DNA of 64,000 nt from Nitrospiraceae bacterium. GTDB taxonomy: Bacteria > Nitrospirota > Nitrospiria > Nitrospirales > Nitrospiraceae. Numbering within the stretch: the first letter of the stretch is position 1; every line of letters begins with the position of its first letter. This document shows, piece after piece, positions 11,065-21,994 of this stretch. The stretch is from positions 448,001 through 512,000 of the forward strand of contig JBFWWG010000001.1 of assembly GCA_050246315.1 (NCBI GenBank), given 5' to 3'. A program made the position numbers and the translations under genes. The notes under the pieces are model-generated. The model made no database searches, had not been told where the DNA came from, and was given only the letters and a program-made list of their open reading frames with translations.

Positions 11065-11553
11065 ATGTCGTGTCATGTTCATCAGACGGTCCGTCTCACG
11101 GTCCTTTTCATTCTGATCGGGATGGGTGCCCCGGGCTGCGCCAAGGATATCTACCAGCAGCGGGCTGACATCATCAAGGATCATACGCAGGCCTTTTATC
11201 GGAGCTTGGAGCAGGGGCGGGTCGCGGCCGCCGTCTCGGAGAACGAACAGATCGAAGGGCTCGCTCGCGAAATGGAACAGGGACTGGTCAAGCGCGCTTC
11301 GTCAATGGACAGTAACCAAAAGCTGCGCGAATGGTCTTTGATCAGAACGGCTAATCAAACCGCGATCGACAATTGGCTCAACCTCGGACGGTATTTGACC
11401 ACGACCAAACGGTATGATCAGGCGAAAGGCACCTATCAGCGTGTGATCGCGACATATGGAGAAAAAGGGAGCGAATATCGACCATGGGTGGATCGTGCGA
11501 GGTTGGGAGCTAAGGATGTGGACCTCATCCTTGATCCCACCCGCTCGGAATAG
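11065..11553 (+). CDS. Hypothetical lipoprotein with TPR-like C-terminus
   Basis: Lipobox-like APGC; LNLGRYL...YDQAKGTYQRVI. Confidence 0.7.
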   Translation: MSCHVHQTVRLTVLFILIGMGAPGCAKDIYQQRADIIKDHTQAFYRSLEQGRVAAAVSENEQIEGLAREMEQGLVKRASSMDSNQKLREWSLIRTANQTAIDNWLNLGRYLTTTKRYDQAKGTYQRVIATYGEKGSEYRPWVDRARLGAKDVDLILDPTRSE

Positions 11554-11612
11554 CGGAACGCACCACGGATTGAATACCCCCGGACCCTTGGGGCGCGATG
11601 GCTTGGCCGAAA

Positions 11613-12368
11613 CTACTTGAGGAGCTCCTTTACCCCTTGGACGGCCTCCGATAGAGATCGCCCCGCCGACTTTCCAGCCTCCTCGATCACGCTAGTTCCG
11701 TTCTTCGTCGCCGCCCCCGTCACCTCCCTTGCCAAGGCCGTCAGGACCTGGCCCGTAAGGTCTCCAATAGAAGTTGCCTGCGCGCCGTTGCCCAGGTCCT
11801 TCAACGTGATTTCGCCCAAGGAGACTCCCCGTAAGTTTGTCTTGACCGTTCCGGCCCGCAGCAGAACGTTCAATCTGGCGTCGACAATCCGGAGCTTCGT
11901 TACGATCACCTGGACCTGTCGACTCTCCTCGGACGGTTGCATCCCGTTTGGTGCTCGGTCGGAGGGACCGTGCGTCGTCGCCTGGACGTGATCCCGCAGG
12001 ATCGTGAGATTGTTGCGTGAGAGGCTGCCCTCGATCGTCACCTCCGGTCCCTCGATTACGATCTCACGAATCAGAATAGGACGATGCAAGAGGCTCGACC
12101 AATCGAGCGAGACACGAATCGCGCGAACACTCAAGGCGGTTGGTGTCTCATATTCCGACGGATTCCCGACACGCAATTCATTGAGAGCGATCCGACCGGA
12201 GAACAACGACAACTCCACGTTCTGTAGTTGCACCGGCGTCGTTGTCAGTCGAGAGCCGATATCCTCCACGGCTCGACGGAGCAGCGTCTCACCGAGCAGC
12301 GACAGGATGACGATGGTGACGGCAACGACCCCGATGCCGATCAGGGAGGCTATCTTGATCCGCTGCAT
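11613..12368 (-). CDS. AsmA-like protein
   Basis: N-terminal TM from ATG 12368; VELSLFSGRIALNELRVGNP, ILIREIVIEGPEV. Confidence 0.75.
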   Translation of the reverse strand: MQRIKIASLIGIGVVAVTIVILSLLGETLLRRAVEDIGSRLTTTPVQLQNVELSLFSGRIALNELRVGNPSEYETPTALSVRAIRVSLDWSSLLHRPILIREIVIEGPEVTIEGSLSRNNLTILRDHVQATTHGPSDRAPNGMQPSEESRQVQVIVTKLRIVDARLNVLLRAGTVKTNLRGVSLGEITLKDLGNGAQATSIGDLTGQVLTALAREVTGAATKNGTSVIEEAGKSAGRSLSEAVQGVKELLK

Positions 12369-13165
12369 GGGGAGGAGGCCGGCGTGAGGGGAGAATAGAG
12401 TTGATGCAACAATTGTTGAACCGCGGGACCCGCGTGTGAGGCGGCGGCAACGGTCCCTTCGAACGTCGGAATGGTCTGATTGAAGCGGAACGGGCGGCCC
12501 CGAGCATCCGAGATACTCCCCCCGGCCTCCTCGATCAGGAGGGTTCCCGCCGCGACATCCCATTCATTCTCCCGTTCGAACGTGATCATCGCGTCGGCGG
12601 CTCCGGTGGCGATCAGCGCCAGACTGTAGGCGATCGAACCGAGCGGCCGGCAATCGACCGTGTCGGCGACTCCCTTGAATCGGCCACGCTCGAATTCATA
12701 GGGATTGACGAGAAGGTTGAGACGGGGGGCAACCGGTGCCTCGGCGCGAACGGCATGACCGTTCAGTCGCGTACCGTCGCCTCTCGCCGCGGTGAAAAGG
12801 TCTCCGGTCGAAGGATTGTAGACGGCTCCTAGGACGACTCGTCCCAGCTCGATGAGTGCGGCGGAGATCACAAAGTGCGGGCGCCCCTTCATGAAGGCCC
12901 TGGTCCCGTCGATCGGATCGACGACCCAAACGCGTGGCTTGGAGAGTCGCGCTGGTGAATCGGGTGACTCCTCCGATAGCCAGCCGTCTTCGGGGAACGC
13001 ATCCAACAGCGCCTGTTCCAGCATTCGGTTGACCTCAAGATCGGCCGAAGTGACCGGCGAGGCATCGGACTTGGTCATGGTCTCGAATCCAGCGCTGGCC
13101 AACTGAAGGGCTCGCTGTCCGGCTTCGACCACGGCTTCGCACAAGACCGCATGCTCACGCTCCAT
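12350..13165 (-). CDS. cysQ: 3'(2'),5'-bisphosphate nucleotidase / inositol monophosphatase family
   Basis: KSDASPVTSADL, LSEE, WVVDPIDGT, EWDVAAG. Confidence 0.82.
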   Translation of the reverse strand: MEREHAVLCEAVVEAGQRALQLASAGFETMTKSDASPVTSADLEVNRMLEQALLDAFPEDGWLSEESPDSPARLSKPRVWVVDPIDGTRAFMKGRPHFVISAALIELGRVVLGAVYNPSTGDLFTAARGDGTRLNGHAVRAEAPVAPRLNLLVNPYEFERGRFKGVADTVDCRPLGSIAYSLALIATGAADAMITFERENEWDVAAGTLLIEEAGGSISDARGRPFRFNQTIPTFEGTVAAASHAGPAVQQLLHQLYSPLTPASSPCSGSR

Positions 13166-13730
13166 GGATCGCCTTTCGGGTTTGGTTTGGGGGTTGGTCG
13201 CAATGCCCCAGCTTCGCAGCCTCGATGTCAGAATACCAGCCCAGGCGGACGTCAGGGGAGAGAAAACAGAAAAACCATTCCGGCTGGTTGGGAACGTCCG
13301 AGGTATGGTCCACGTAATCCGTGGTTTTGCAAAAACAATTGGTTGGAGCGTCGGGCGGCTTCAGATCGCGCACCACGTGCGCTTCCCCAATCGCGCGGGC
13401 ACTTCATGCGCCACCTTTTCTCCCCATACGGAGAACGTCCAGAGAATGGGCGCGATGCCCGGGGCGGTCGTCATCGCGAGTTCGCCCTCGTCGGCCTTGC
13501 AGAGCCATCCCTTGCAGCAACATTTCTGGAGGTACCGATCCAGTCGCCGCTGGAATAGCTCACACTGAGGACACCAGCGAGGTCGAAGCCCTCACAACCA
13601 ATACGATCGCGAGCAACGAAGCGATCGTCTTCAGCATGGACACGGAGATTGTTGATGGAGATCTGGAGCGTTCCGACTCACCATGATTGGCCGAGGAGCC
13701 TTCTGGTCATGCATCCGTACCAGCTCCTCC

Positions 13731-14348
13731 CTAGAGGTCGGTGAACAACCATGGGGCTTCCGCTTTTCGCCTCGTCTCGTAAGCGGCGATAGCCGTTTCA
13801 TGCTTGAGGCTGAGGCCGATGGCATCGAGCCCATGAAGTAGACAGTCCTTGCGAAAGGGATCGATGTCGAACTGATATCGGTTGCCGTGAGGGGTCGACA
13901 CAGACTGCGTCGCGAGATTGACGGTGAGTTGATAGCCGGTCGATTCGGCCGCCTCCCTGAACAGCGCCTGCACCTCTGTCGGCTTGAGCACGACCGGGAG
14001 CACCCCGTTCTGGAAACAATTGTTGAAGAAGATGTCGGCGAAGCTGGGTGCGATCAGGCACCGGAATCCCTGGTCGAGCAGGGCCCAGGGCGCATGTTCG
14101 CGGGAAGAGCCGCAGCCGAAATTGTCGCGTGTCAATAGGATCGCGGCGCCCTCGTACCGCGGTTGGTTCAGGAAAAAACCGGGGTCGGGCGAGCCGTCGG
14201 CCCGGCGTCGCCAATCGTAGAACAGACCTTCCTTGAGGCCTGTCCGCTTGATGGTCTTGAGAAACTGCTTGGGGATGATCTGATCGGTGTCGACGTTGAC
14301 CCGATCGAGCGGGGCAACCAATCCGGTCAGGGTCGTGAAAGGTTGCAT
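13731..14348 (-). CDS. leuD: 3-isopropylmalate dehydratase small subunit
   Basis: [31 protein letters not shown] at 14348 overlaps the leuC stop. Confidence 0.97.
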   Translation of the reverse strand: MQPFTTLTGLVAPLDRVNVDTDQIIPKQFLKTIKRTGLKEGLFYDWRRRADGSPDPGFFLNQPRYEGAAILLTRDNFGCGSSREHAPWALLDQGFRCLIAPSFADIFFNNCFQNGVLPVVLKPTEVQALFREAAESTGYQLTVNLATQSVSTPHGNRYQFDIDPFRKDCLLHGLDAIGLSLKHETAIAAYETRRKAEAPWLFTDL

Positions 14349-15772
14349 CAGTTCCTCATTATGGGCGACGACGGCCAATAACGAATGTCCACGAAATGGC
14401 CTTCCACGGCCGCTGCCACCGCCATGGCCGGGGACACCAGATGCGTCCGGCCGCCGGCACCTTGACGGCCTTCGAAGTTTCGGTTGCTGGTGGAGGCACA
14501 TCGCTCACCGGGCTGGAGCACGTCCGCGTTCATCGCCAGACACATGCTGCATCCCGGCTCCCTCCATTCGAACCCCGCCTCCTTGAAGATTCGGTCCAGA
14601 CCCTCGTCCTCTGCCTGTTGCTTGACCAAGCCGGAGCCGGGTACGACCATCGCCCGGACCGTCTTCGCTACCTGCTTGCCCTTTGCAAACTGCGCGGCTA
14701 GACGAAGGTCTTCGATCCGTGAGTTCGTGCACGAACCGATAAAGACTCGATCGATCATGATCTCAGACAATGGGGTTCCCGGCGTGAGGCCCATGTATTC
14801 CAGTGCCCGCTTGGTCGAGTCACGTGATTTCTCGTCCGGCATGTCGCGCGGGTCCGGGACCTTCGTGTCGACGCCCGCCACCATGCCGGGGCTCGTGCCC
14901 CAGGTGATTTGAGGAGCAATCTCCTCGGCCCTCAGTTCAACCCGACGGTCAAACTGAGCGTCCGAGTCGGATGGCAATTCCTTCCAGGCATGCACGGCCT
15001 GCTCGAAGAGGGTGTCCTTGGGGGTCAGGGGGCGACCCTTGAGGTAGTCAACGGTTTGACGATCGGGGGCCACGAGCCCGGCCCGTGCGCCCGCTTCGAT
15101 CGACATATTGCACAGGGTCATGCGCCCTTCCATCGAAAGACCACGAATGGCCGACCCGGTATATTCGACGACGTAGCCCGTGCCTCCGGCCGCGCCGATC
15201 TTGCCGATGATGGCCAGGATGATGTCCTTGGCCGAACAGTGCCGCGAAAGTAGTCCTTCGACGCGGACCTCCATGGTTCTGGGTCGCTTTTGGATGAGAC
15301 ATTGGGTGGCAAGCACATGCTCCACCTCGCTCGTGCCGATGCCAAAGGCCAGCGCTCCAAAGGCTCCGTGCGTGGAGGTATGCGAGTCGCCGCAGACGAT
15401 GGTCATGCCGGGCAAGGTGAAGCCCTGCTCCGGTCCGATCACGTGGACGATTCCTTGGCGAGGATCGTTCATCTTATAGAGGGTGATGCCGAAATCGCGG
15501 CAGTTCTCTTCGAGCGTCGCAATCTGTTTGGCGCTGATGGGGTCTGCGATCCCCAGGCGACGGTCGGTGGTTGGAACATTATGATCGGGTACGGCCAAGA
15601 CGGAGCCGGGGCGACGCGACCTTCGTCCGGCCAGCTTGAGTCCTTCGAATGCCTGTGGAGAGGTTACCTCGTGCACCAGGTGGCGGTCGATATACAGCAA
15701 CGTCGTGCCATCGGGCTCCTGGCGGACCACATGGGCGTCCCAAATCTTTTCGAACATGGTCTTGCCAGCCAT
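14348..15772 (-). CDS. leuC: 3-isopropylmalate dehydratase large subunit
   Basis: [44 protein letters not shown]. Confidence 0.98.
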   Translation of the reverse strand: MAGKTMFEKIWDAHVVRQEPDGTTLLYIDRHLVHEVTSPQAFEGLKLAGRRSRRPGSVLAVPDHNVPTTDRRLGIADPISAKQIATLEENCRDFGITLYKMNDPRQGIVHVIGPEQGFTLPGMTIVCGDSHTSTHGAFGALAFGIGTSEVEHVLATQCLIQKRPRTMEVRVEGLLSRHCSAKDIILAIIGKIGAAGGTGYVVEYTGSAIRGLSMEGRMTLCNMSIEAGARAGLVAPDRQTVDYLKGRPLTPKDTLFEQAVHAWKELPSDSDAQFDRRVELRAEEIAPQITWGTSPGMVAGVDTKVPDPRDMPDEKSRDSTKRALEYMGLTPGTPLSEIMIDRVFIGSCTNSRIEDLRLAAQFAKGKQVAKTVRAMVVPGSGLVKQQAEDEGLDRIFKEAGFEWREPGCSMCLAMNADVLQPGERCASTSNRNFEGRQGAGGRTHLVSPAMAVAAAVEGHFVDIRYWPSSPIMRN

Positions 15773-16158
15773 CCTGAAATCCTTGAGTTCGGTCTTGACG
15801 TGATGAACAGCGTGCTACACTTAGGCCCAGCATTATACATGTGTCGTGGGCCGGAGAGGCAAGGGGCATCTGACCGGCATCAGCGCTTCAGTGTCGAGCG
15901 CGAGAAACCGAAAGAGCATTTATGAAATCACGATCCGTCGAGGCCGGACGCATCAGAATTCCACGGTGGACCATCTGGCGCCAGGCCGAACCGCTGGGCT
16001 GCCCCCACTGCGGCTCGATCATCGTATCGATTAAGGCAGACGCTCGGCAGGTCTCCTTTTGCGAATGTCGAATGATCGAGGATCGGCAAGCGGCTTCCTC
16101 ACGGAAGCGAACGAGACAAGCAGAAGAGCACAACGACCAGCGCGAGTAAATCCATCCC

Positions 16159-16752
16159 ATGCGACCATGGCCGTTGTGGTTTGTCCGTCCGCCCCTTCTC
16201 ATTGCCTGGTTGGGGCTCCTGAGCCTTGATGCCGAATGGCAGCTCGGCTGGGCGGACGACCGCCCATCGAAACCGACGGCGCTCCATTCCATCGTTGAGG
16301 CAGCCGAATCCGATCCCTTTGCAACCCGTTCTTGCCGCCGAGTAGATCTGCTGGGCACTTGGGAGTTGGTCACATTTACGGCCAGGTTTCGAGCCAAAGA
16401 TCCGACCGCAGCCTACCTCTATCCGCATCAGGTCTTTCAATTCTCTGTGGATGGGTCGATGAAATCTGCGCACTCCCCCAAGGCGTTCGTTGGGTCGCCC
16501 GGTCACATCCTGGACAAGGTTCCGTCGGTGCTCAGATACGAGATGGACGCTGACTATCCCGGACGGATCACGGTGAGATCGAACGGCTCCGGAACCGCAG
16601 CGGAGACGTGGCAATGTCTCACGATCACCTCCGACCAAACTGGGCGGAATCGCCCTGTTCCTGCATCACCTGGCGACCTGGTGATGACCCTTGTGGGAAA
16701 GAATGGAGAACCGCTGTTTGTTCGCTACCTCCGCAAGCCCTCACGCCGCTGA
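16159..16752 (+). CDS. Exported hypothetical protein (possible beta-barrel fold)
   Basis: Hydrophobic N-terminus; LLGTWELV motif; no family recognised. Confidence 0.55.
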   Translation: MRPWPLWFVRPPLLIAWLGLLSLDAEWQLGWADDRPSKPTALHSIVEAAESDPFATRSCRRVDLLGTWELVTFTARFRAKDPTAAYLYPHQVFQFSVDGSMKSAHSPKAFVGSPGHILDKVPSVLRYEMDADYPGRITVRSNGSGTAAETWQCLTITSDQTGRNRPVPASPGDLVMTLVGKNGEPLFVRYLRKPSRR

Positions 16753-16858
16753 CGATTGAGCCTCATCCCTGATCCGTGCTAACTAAGTCGTGCAGACGGC
16801 GTTGCCGCCTCGACTGAGATGAACCCTAGCAGTCGATCCTAATTTGAGGCCACGCGGA

Positions 16859-17362
16859 ATGGATTCACGATCCGTACAGATGCCTTGGTTGGAACCCGGC
16901 CTCGTCGAGTGGGTGCAGTGGTTGCTGGACAGCTTTCGGGACTTGACGGGGAAAGAGTTGTGCGCTCGGGAAGGGTCAGAAGCAGCGCAGGCCGCGGCAC
17001 TCTTTTCCGCACCATGTGTCGTGGTCTCGCATGGAATGGAAGCCGATCCGGTCCTCAATTATGGGAATCGACAGGCCCTCATCCTGTGGGAGATGACATG
17101 GGCGGACCTCACCCGCACGCCATCGCGTCTGACAGCGGAACCGGTCGACCAAGCTAAGCGGGAACAGATGCTCATGCGCGCTGTGAGTCAGGGATATATC
17201 GACGACTATCGTGGCATCCGTATCTCACGGACGGGACGTCGATTTCTGGTGGAGGGTGCGACGGTGTGGAATGTGCAGGATCTGCAGAGGCAGCGGCGAG
17301 GACAGGCGGCGACCTTCACGACGTGGACGTTTCTAGATGCCGATCAGCGCGTACCCAGGTAG
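16859..17362 (+). CDS. MEKHLA (PAS-like) domain protein
   Basis: VVSHGMEADPVLNYGN..AL.LWEMTW..LTRTPSRLTAEP, YRGIRISRTGRRF. Confidence 0.9.
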   Translation: MDSRSVQMPWLEPGLVEWVQWLLDSFRDLTGKELCAREGSEAAQAAALFSAPCVVVSHGMEADPVLNYGNRQALILWEMTWADLTRTPSRLTAEPVDQAKREQMLMRAVSQGYIDDYRGIRISRTGRRFLVEGATVWNVQDLQRQRRGQAATFTTWTFLDADQRVPR

Positions 17363-17562
17363 GTAAATCGGGGGACACTTTTGCCATTGACGGTGGCGGG
17401 CTCCACAAACTTCGTTTTGGGCCGCACCCACAAGTCGAAATTTCCGTATAACGCTCGATAGACCACTAATTCTTCTTCCGTTTCCGTGTGTTTCGCACAG
17501 GCGATGACGCGATACTCCTTCCCTTTGTAGTGGCGATATCGTCCTGGTCGCACGGTGACCAT
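17344..17562 (-). CDS. DUF1653 family protein
   Basis: GRYRHYKG..Y.V...AKHTETEEELVVYRALYG..LWVRP. Confidence 0.9.
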   Translation of the reverse strand: MVTVRPGRYRHYKGKEYRVIACAKHTETEEELVVYRALYGNFDLWVRPKTKFVEPATVNGKSVPRFTYLGTR

Positions 17563-18094
17563 GGTGGTCGATCCTCCCGACATGGCCCTAGTATACCTCA
17601 TGGGATGGACCGGCCGATCGAAATGTGATCATCTCGTCGGCTTACGGCAGGTTCCAGGGAAGGAGCATCACGGAGGCGATCGTGAAGGGCAGGAGACGCA
17701 AGACACGTAACGGAAGCGACGAGCGCTCAGAACCGGAGGCGATATTGGGAGCGGCGGTTTCGGGATCAGGCCTCGGGCTGATGCCTCGGGAGCGGAGTTG
17801 ACGGTCTCGCTTTCTACCCATGGTGGTGAACTCTAGCAAAGGGATCAGCCTCCTCACAACCGACATCGACACGGAACCGGGTCGCCGGGGTCAACAGTGC
17901 CGAAATATGAAGAGGGGGTTCTCCTTCGTTCGAGGAGCCGGCAAAAGCCTGGGGCCAAGCCGCGACAGTACATCGATTCGGTCGGTTCTAAGCAAGAAAG
18001 GCCTTCGCCAACCCGCACGGGACTTCGTTACAATACAATTAGGGTGCGTCGCCGAGCCTGTAGGCGACGCTCTCCTTGAGAACAGGACAGATCC

Positions 18095-19498
18095 ATGACT
18101 CACGATGTCATCGTCATCGGCGGCGGATCGGCGGGCTATGCGGCGGCGAGAACGGCTCGCGACGCGGGAGCCACAGTCGGAATCGTCGACCATGGTCCTC
18201 TCGGCGGGCTCTGTATCCTGCGAGGTTGTATGCCGAGCAAGGCGATTCTGCGGTCGGCGGAGATCGCAGCGCTGATGAGGCGGGCTAAGGAATTCGGGTT
18301 GGAACCGGTCCCGGTGCGCGCGGATCTGAGCGCCATTGTGGACCGTAAGAATCGCCTCGTGCAGGAATTTGCGAAGGACCGAATCGAAGCCCTGAAAGAT
18401 CGCCGCTTCATGCTCTATCAAGAACGTGCGATGTTTACGTCTCCCCATGAAGTTCGGGCCGGGGGACATGTCCTGACGGCGCGGTCGTTCATTATCGCAA
18501 CCGGGTCGATGTCGTGCGACGTGCTCATCCCCGGCCTGGAGGAGTCGGGCTATGAAACCAGCGATAGCATCCTCGATCTTCGCGAGCAGCCCGCCTCGTT
18601 GGTCATCCTCGGGGGCGGCGCCGTCGCCACGGAGTTCGGGCAATTCTTTGCGCGAATCGGCACTCGGGTCACGATCCTCCAAAGAGGTGAACATCTTCTG
18701 TCCGACTTTGACAGCGAGGTTGGACGCACCGTGGAAACGGCGTTTCGGCATGAAGGCATCGAGGTGCACCTGGGTTGCGAAGTCACGCGTGTGACCCGTC
18801 AAGGTGGAGCGAGCCTGATCGAATTCGAACAGGCTGGGCGAGTCCGAAGCGTCACCGGTGAGCGAATCCTCCAAGCCCTCGGGCGCAAGGCGAATATTGC
18901 CGGGCTGAATCTGGAGGCGGCAGGGGTGGCTGTCCGGGAGGGTCGCCTGGTCTTGGATGAGGAAATGCGGACTTCGCAGCCACACATTTTCGCGGTCGGT
19001 GATGTCAACGATCTCAACCCCATCGTGCATATCGCAATCCAGCAAGGAGAGATCGCTGGCTACAACGCCACCCATCCAACGGCCGTCCCGAAGCGGGTGG
19101 ACAACCGGCTCAACTCCGACGTGATCTTTACCGATCCGCAGGTGGCGGCCGTAGGGTTGAGTGAGACGGCATGCCGCCGAAGCGGCATCTCGTACCTCGT
19201 TGCCTCCCATCCATTTGCGGATCATGGGAAGGCCCTCTGTTCCGGCCAGACCCAGGGATTTGTGAAGCTGCTCTGCCAACCTCGGAGCGGGCAGGTCCTC
19301 GGTGCACAGATCGTCGGACCAGAGGCGGGGGAACTTGTTCACGAACTGGCGGCTGTCATGTATTACCGCGGAACCGTGCATGATCTGTTGCGGATCCCGC
19401 ACTACCATCCGACATTGGCCGAGATTGTCACCTATCCTGCCGAAGAACTGGTGGGTCGGCTTCAGTCTGAGGTCCATTCGGGTAGCCAACCGGAATGA
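18095..19498 (+). CDS. Pyridine nucleotide-disulfide oxidoreductase (dihydrolipoamide dehydrogenase/mercuric reductase-like)
   Basis: IGGGSAG, GGLCILRGCMPSK, FAVGDV, HPTLAE. Confidence 0.9.
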   Translation: MTHDVIVIGGGSAGYAAARTARDAGATVGIVDHGPLGGLCILRGCMPSKAILRSAEIAALMRRAKEFGLEPVPVRADLSAIVDRKNRLVQEFAKDRIEALKDRRFMLYQERAMFTSPHEVRAGGHVLTARSFIIATGSMSCDVLIPGLEESGYETSDSILDLREQPASLVILGGGAVATEFGQFFARIGTRVTILQRGEHLLSDFDSEVGRTVETAFRHEGIEVHLGCEVTRVTRQGGASLIEFEQAGRVRSVTGERILQALGRKANIAGLNLEAAGVAVREGRLVLDEEMRTSQPHIFAVGDVNDLNPIVHIAIQQGEIAGYNATHPTAVPKRVDNRLNSDVIFTDPQVAAVGLSETACRRSGISYLVASHPFADHGKALCSGQTQGFVKLLCQPRSGQVLGAQIVGPEAGELVHELAAVMYYRGTVHDLLRIPHYHPTLAEIVTYPAEELVGRLQSEVHSGSQPE

Positions 19499-20241
19499 CG
19501 AAGGTCGGCCGAACTGTGATGCCGCTGATTCCTATCCGGAGCTTCATTCTGTCCTGTGTGGCCGTGCTGGTGGTTGGACCGCTGGCGATGTCATGCAGCA
19601 GCGAGTCATGGGAGGAGACCATGGCGGCGGGGCAGCGGGCGCTTCAACAGCGAGACTACGCAAGTGCCGAGCGGCGGTTTCTGACTGCGGTGAAGCAGGC
19701 AGAGGCCTTTGGGCGGGAAGATCGGCGTGTAGCCGTCTCGCTCTCGCAGTTGGCGGAGGTCTACGCCGTCCAACGGCGGTATGTCGAGGCGGAGCCGGTC
19801 TATGGACGGGCGTTGGTGGTCTATCAGGCGGTATACGGTGAGGACCATCCAGATGTTGCAGCGGTGCTCAACAATTTGGGCGTGATGCATCGCCTTCACG
19901 GGCAGTTCAGCGAAGCGGAGCCGCTTCTGAAGCGTGCGTTGGCCACTAAGGAGAAGGTCTACGGGCCCGATCATGTGGAAGTGGCCATCACTCTCGGCAA
20001 CCTGGCGCAACTCTACGCTGCGCAAGGACGATTCAACGACGCCGAACCGTATTATCGGCGCGCGCTGTCTGTGCGGGAGAAGGTCCTGGGTGACAGGCAT
20101 CCGGAGGTTGCCAAGAGTCTCGAGGATTATGCAGTCCTGCTCCGGACGATGGGACGCGAGAAGGAGGCGCTGCCACTCGAATCTCGTGCCCAAGGCATTC
20201 GGGTGCAGGGAGCGCCTCGTCCAACGACCTCACCGCGTTGA
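19495..20241 (+). CDS. Tetratricopeptide-repeat lipoprotein
   Basis: Repeats HPDVAAVLNNLG, HVEVAITLGNLA, HPEVAKSLEDYA; lipobox AMSC. Confidence 0.85.
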   Translation: MTKVGRTVMPLIPIRSFILSCVAVLVVGPLAMSCSSESWEETMAAGQRALQQRDYASAERRFLTAVKQAEAFGREDRRVAVSLSQLAEVYAVQRRYVEAEPVYGRALVVYQAVYGEDHPDVAAVLNNLGVMHRLHGQFSEAEPLLKRALATKEKVYGPDHVEVAITLGNLAQLYAAQGRFNDAEPYYRRALSVREKVLGDRHPEVAKSLEDYAVLLRTMGREKEALPLESRAQGIRVQGAPRPTTSPR

Positions 20242-20294
20242 GTTACGGCGAGACTATATGGACAGTCGCGGCGCAGTCGGTGTAGCGTGAGGCT

Positions 20295-20534
20295 ATGCTA
20301 GATCGAGAACAGGTGGTCCGCCGCTCCAGATTCAGCGCCATGATTGCCCGCACAGCAGGAGTCGTGGCTATCGCCGGAGGATTCATCGGGGGAATGTACG
20401 GGCTGGAGCATCCCGAGACCATCTGGTTGCGCACCTCGCTCGGCTTGATCGTCACCGGACTCTTGGCTCAAGGGTATGCGCTGGTCTGCACCGCGCGGCG
20501 GTTGTGGGAACGTGAGGAATCCGATCGCCAGTAA
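20295..20534 (+). CDS. Small two-TM membrane protein
   Basis: Two hydrophobic segments; tight operon spacing. Confidence 0.6.
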   Translation: MLDREQVVRRSRFSAMIARTAGVVAIAGGFIGGMYGLEHPETIWLRTSLGLIVTGLLAQGYALVCTARRLWEREESDRQ

Positions 20535-20539
20535 CCAAA

Positions 20540-21004
20540 ATGGAACCGATCCGCCAAGTGTCCTCTCGATGCGCTGCTTCTGCCTTGACGATGTTCTCCA
20601 TCGGGCTCGTCCTGACCCTCATCCTGAGCGGCTGTAGTCGGCCTTGGCGAGACCAATACTTTGACAAGGGCCTGAACAAGGCGACGCAGGCGGAGATTGA
20701 GCAAATGCTCGGGCCGCCCCATACGGCGAAGACCTCGTTTCTCGATGAGGAATCCATCTGGACGTACCGCTACGCTATGACCGAAGATGAAATCGATCCC
20801 TGGGGCCGATTCGGACGGACGGCTGCCAGCGCCAAGGATACCGCCGCCTCGGCTGTCGGGCAGGGGAAGGACGGCGCCTCTCATCAGCGGCTCCTCTGCA
20901 TGAAGTACACGCTCAAGTTCAACAGGGGGAAGGTGCTTCAGGATTGGAAACGCCAACCCTGTGTGTCTCCGACTCAGACCGCCACGTCCCCCTTAGCGCC
21001 GTGA
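20540..21004 (+). CDS. SmpA/BamE-like lipoprotein
   Basis: Lipobox LSGC; TQAEIEQMLGPP, WTYRY. Confidence 0.7.
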   Translation: MEPIRQVSSRCAASALTMFSIGLVLTLILSGCSRPWRDQYFDKGLNKATQAEIEQMLGPPHTAKTSFLDEESIWTYRYAMTEDEIDPWGRFGRTAASAKDTAASAVGQGKDGASHQRLLCMKYTLKFNRGKVLQDWKRQPCVSPTQTATSPLAP

Positions 21005-21086
21005 TCCCTCGCCCGATGACATTCCGATATCTTTCTGTTATCACGCGTCGACGAGCATCCGATCGACCGATGTTCCACTCGGCGGA

Positions 21087-21923
21087 GTGGTCCCGATGAC
21101 AGCCTGGGTTCCCTCGCTCGACAGCTCCCTCTTCGTCGACGGCGTCACATCGCTGACCTTGCTCCTTGGGGTGCTGGTCCTCCGCGCGCTGCTGGTCCGA
21201 TGGGTGAGCAGCCAGAAGGGGTTAACTGTCGAGCAACGCCGACGATGGATCATCAACATCCGAAACGGGATGGTGTTCGGCTTCACGGTGGGGTTGGTGT
21301 CGATCTGGGCCCATGAACTCCAGGCCTTTGCCGTATCGTTGATCGCGCTTGCCGCGGCGCTGGTGCTGGCGACCAAGGAATTGATCCTCTGCATGAGCGG
21401 AGCGGCTTTGCGCGCGGGCGCGCGGTTTTTCTCCATCGGCGACCGCATTCAGATCAGTGCCCATCGCGGCATCGTGCTGGATCATGATTTGTTTGCGACC
21501 ACGCTGCTCGAAATTGGTCCTGGCCAGGCCTCGCACCTGACCACCGGCCGCGTCGTGGTGCTCCCGAACAGTTTGTTTTTCACGACCCCTCTGGTGAACG
21601 AAACGTTCTCGAAGGATTATGTGTACCATGTGACGGTCGTGCCTCTGCCGGCCGGGGACGATTGGCGTCGAGCTGAGCGGTTCTTGCTGGAGGCTGCCCG
21701 GACGGAGTGCGCGGAGTATATTCAAGGAGCCGCCCAATATCTCCATGATTTGGAGGAGCGAAATCTCCTCGAGGCGCCTAATCCAGAGCCCAAGGTCACG
21801 CTCCAACTCGACCAGCCGGGTCGGGTCAATCTGGTGCTGCGATTTCCGGTTCCGGTACGGGGCCGTGCCCGAACGGAACAGGCGATTCTGCGCCGGTATC
21901 TGACGGCCATGAGCAACGGGTGA
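21087..21923 (+). CDS. MscS-family mechanosensitive channel
   Basis: LATKELILC, FSIGDRIQI, VVLPNSLF. Confidence 0.88.
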   Translation: MVPMTAWVPSLDSSLFVDGVTSLTLLLGVLVLRALLVRWVSSQKGLTVEQRRRWIINIRNGMVFGFTVGLVSIWAHELQAFAVSLIALAAALVLATKELILCMSGAALRAGARFFSIGDRIQISAHRGIVLDHDLFATTLLEIGPGQASHLTTGRVVVLPNSLFFTTPLVNETFSKDYVYHVTVVPLPAGDDWRRAERFLLEAARTECAEYIQGAAQYLHDLEERNLLEAPNPEPKVTLQLDQPGRVNLVLRFPVPVRGRARTEQAILRRYLTAMSNG

Positions 21924-21994
21924 TTCGAGAGGCCGACAGGGGCATAGTCCTGCCGCTCATCACAGCGGAGGGGTAGGGAAAGGGACATCAGGTA

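Noticed and set aside
13155..13690. Possible small gene or pseudogene between leuD and cysQ
   Set aside because: Only short competing ORFs with no recognisable motif; cannot support a call.
17891..19489. 532-aa minus-strand ORF
   Set aside because: Antisense shadow of the oxidoreductase at 18095..19498.
18095..19498. merA (mercuric reductase) call
   Set aside because: No C-terminal Cys-Cys pair, no HMA domain and no mer genes nearby.
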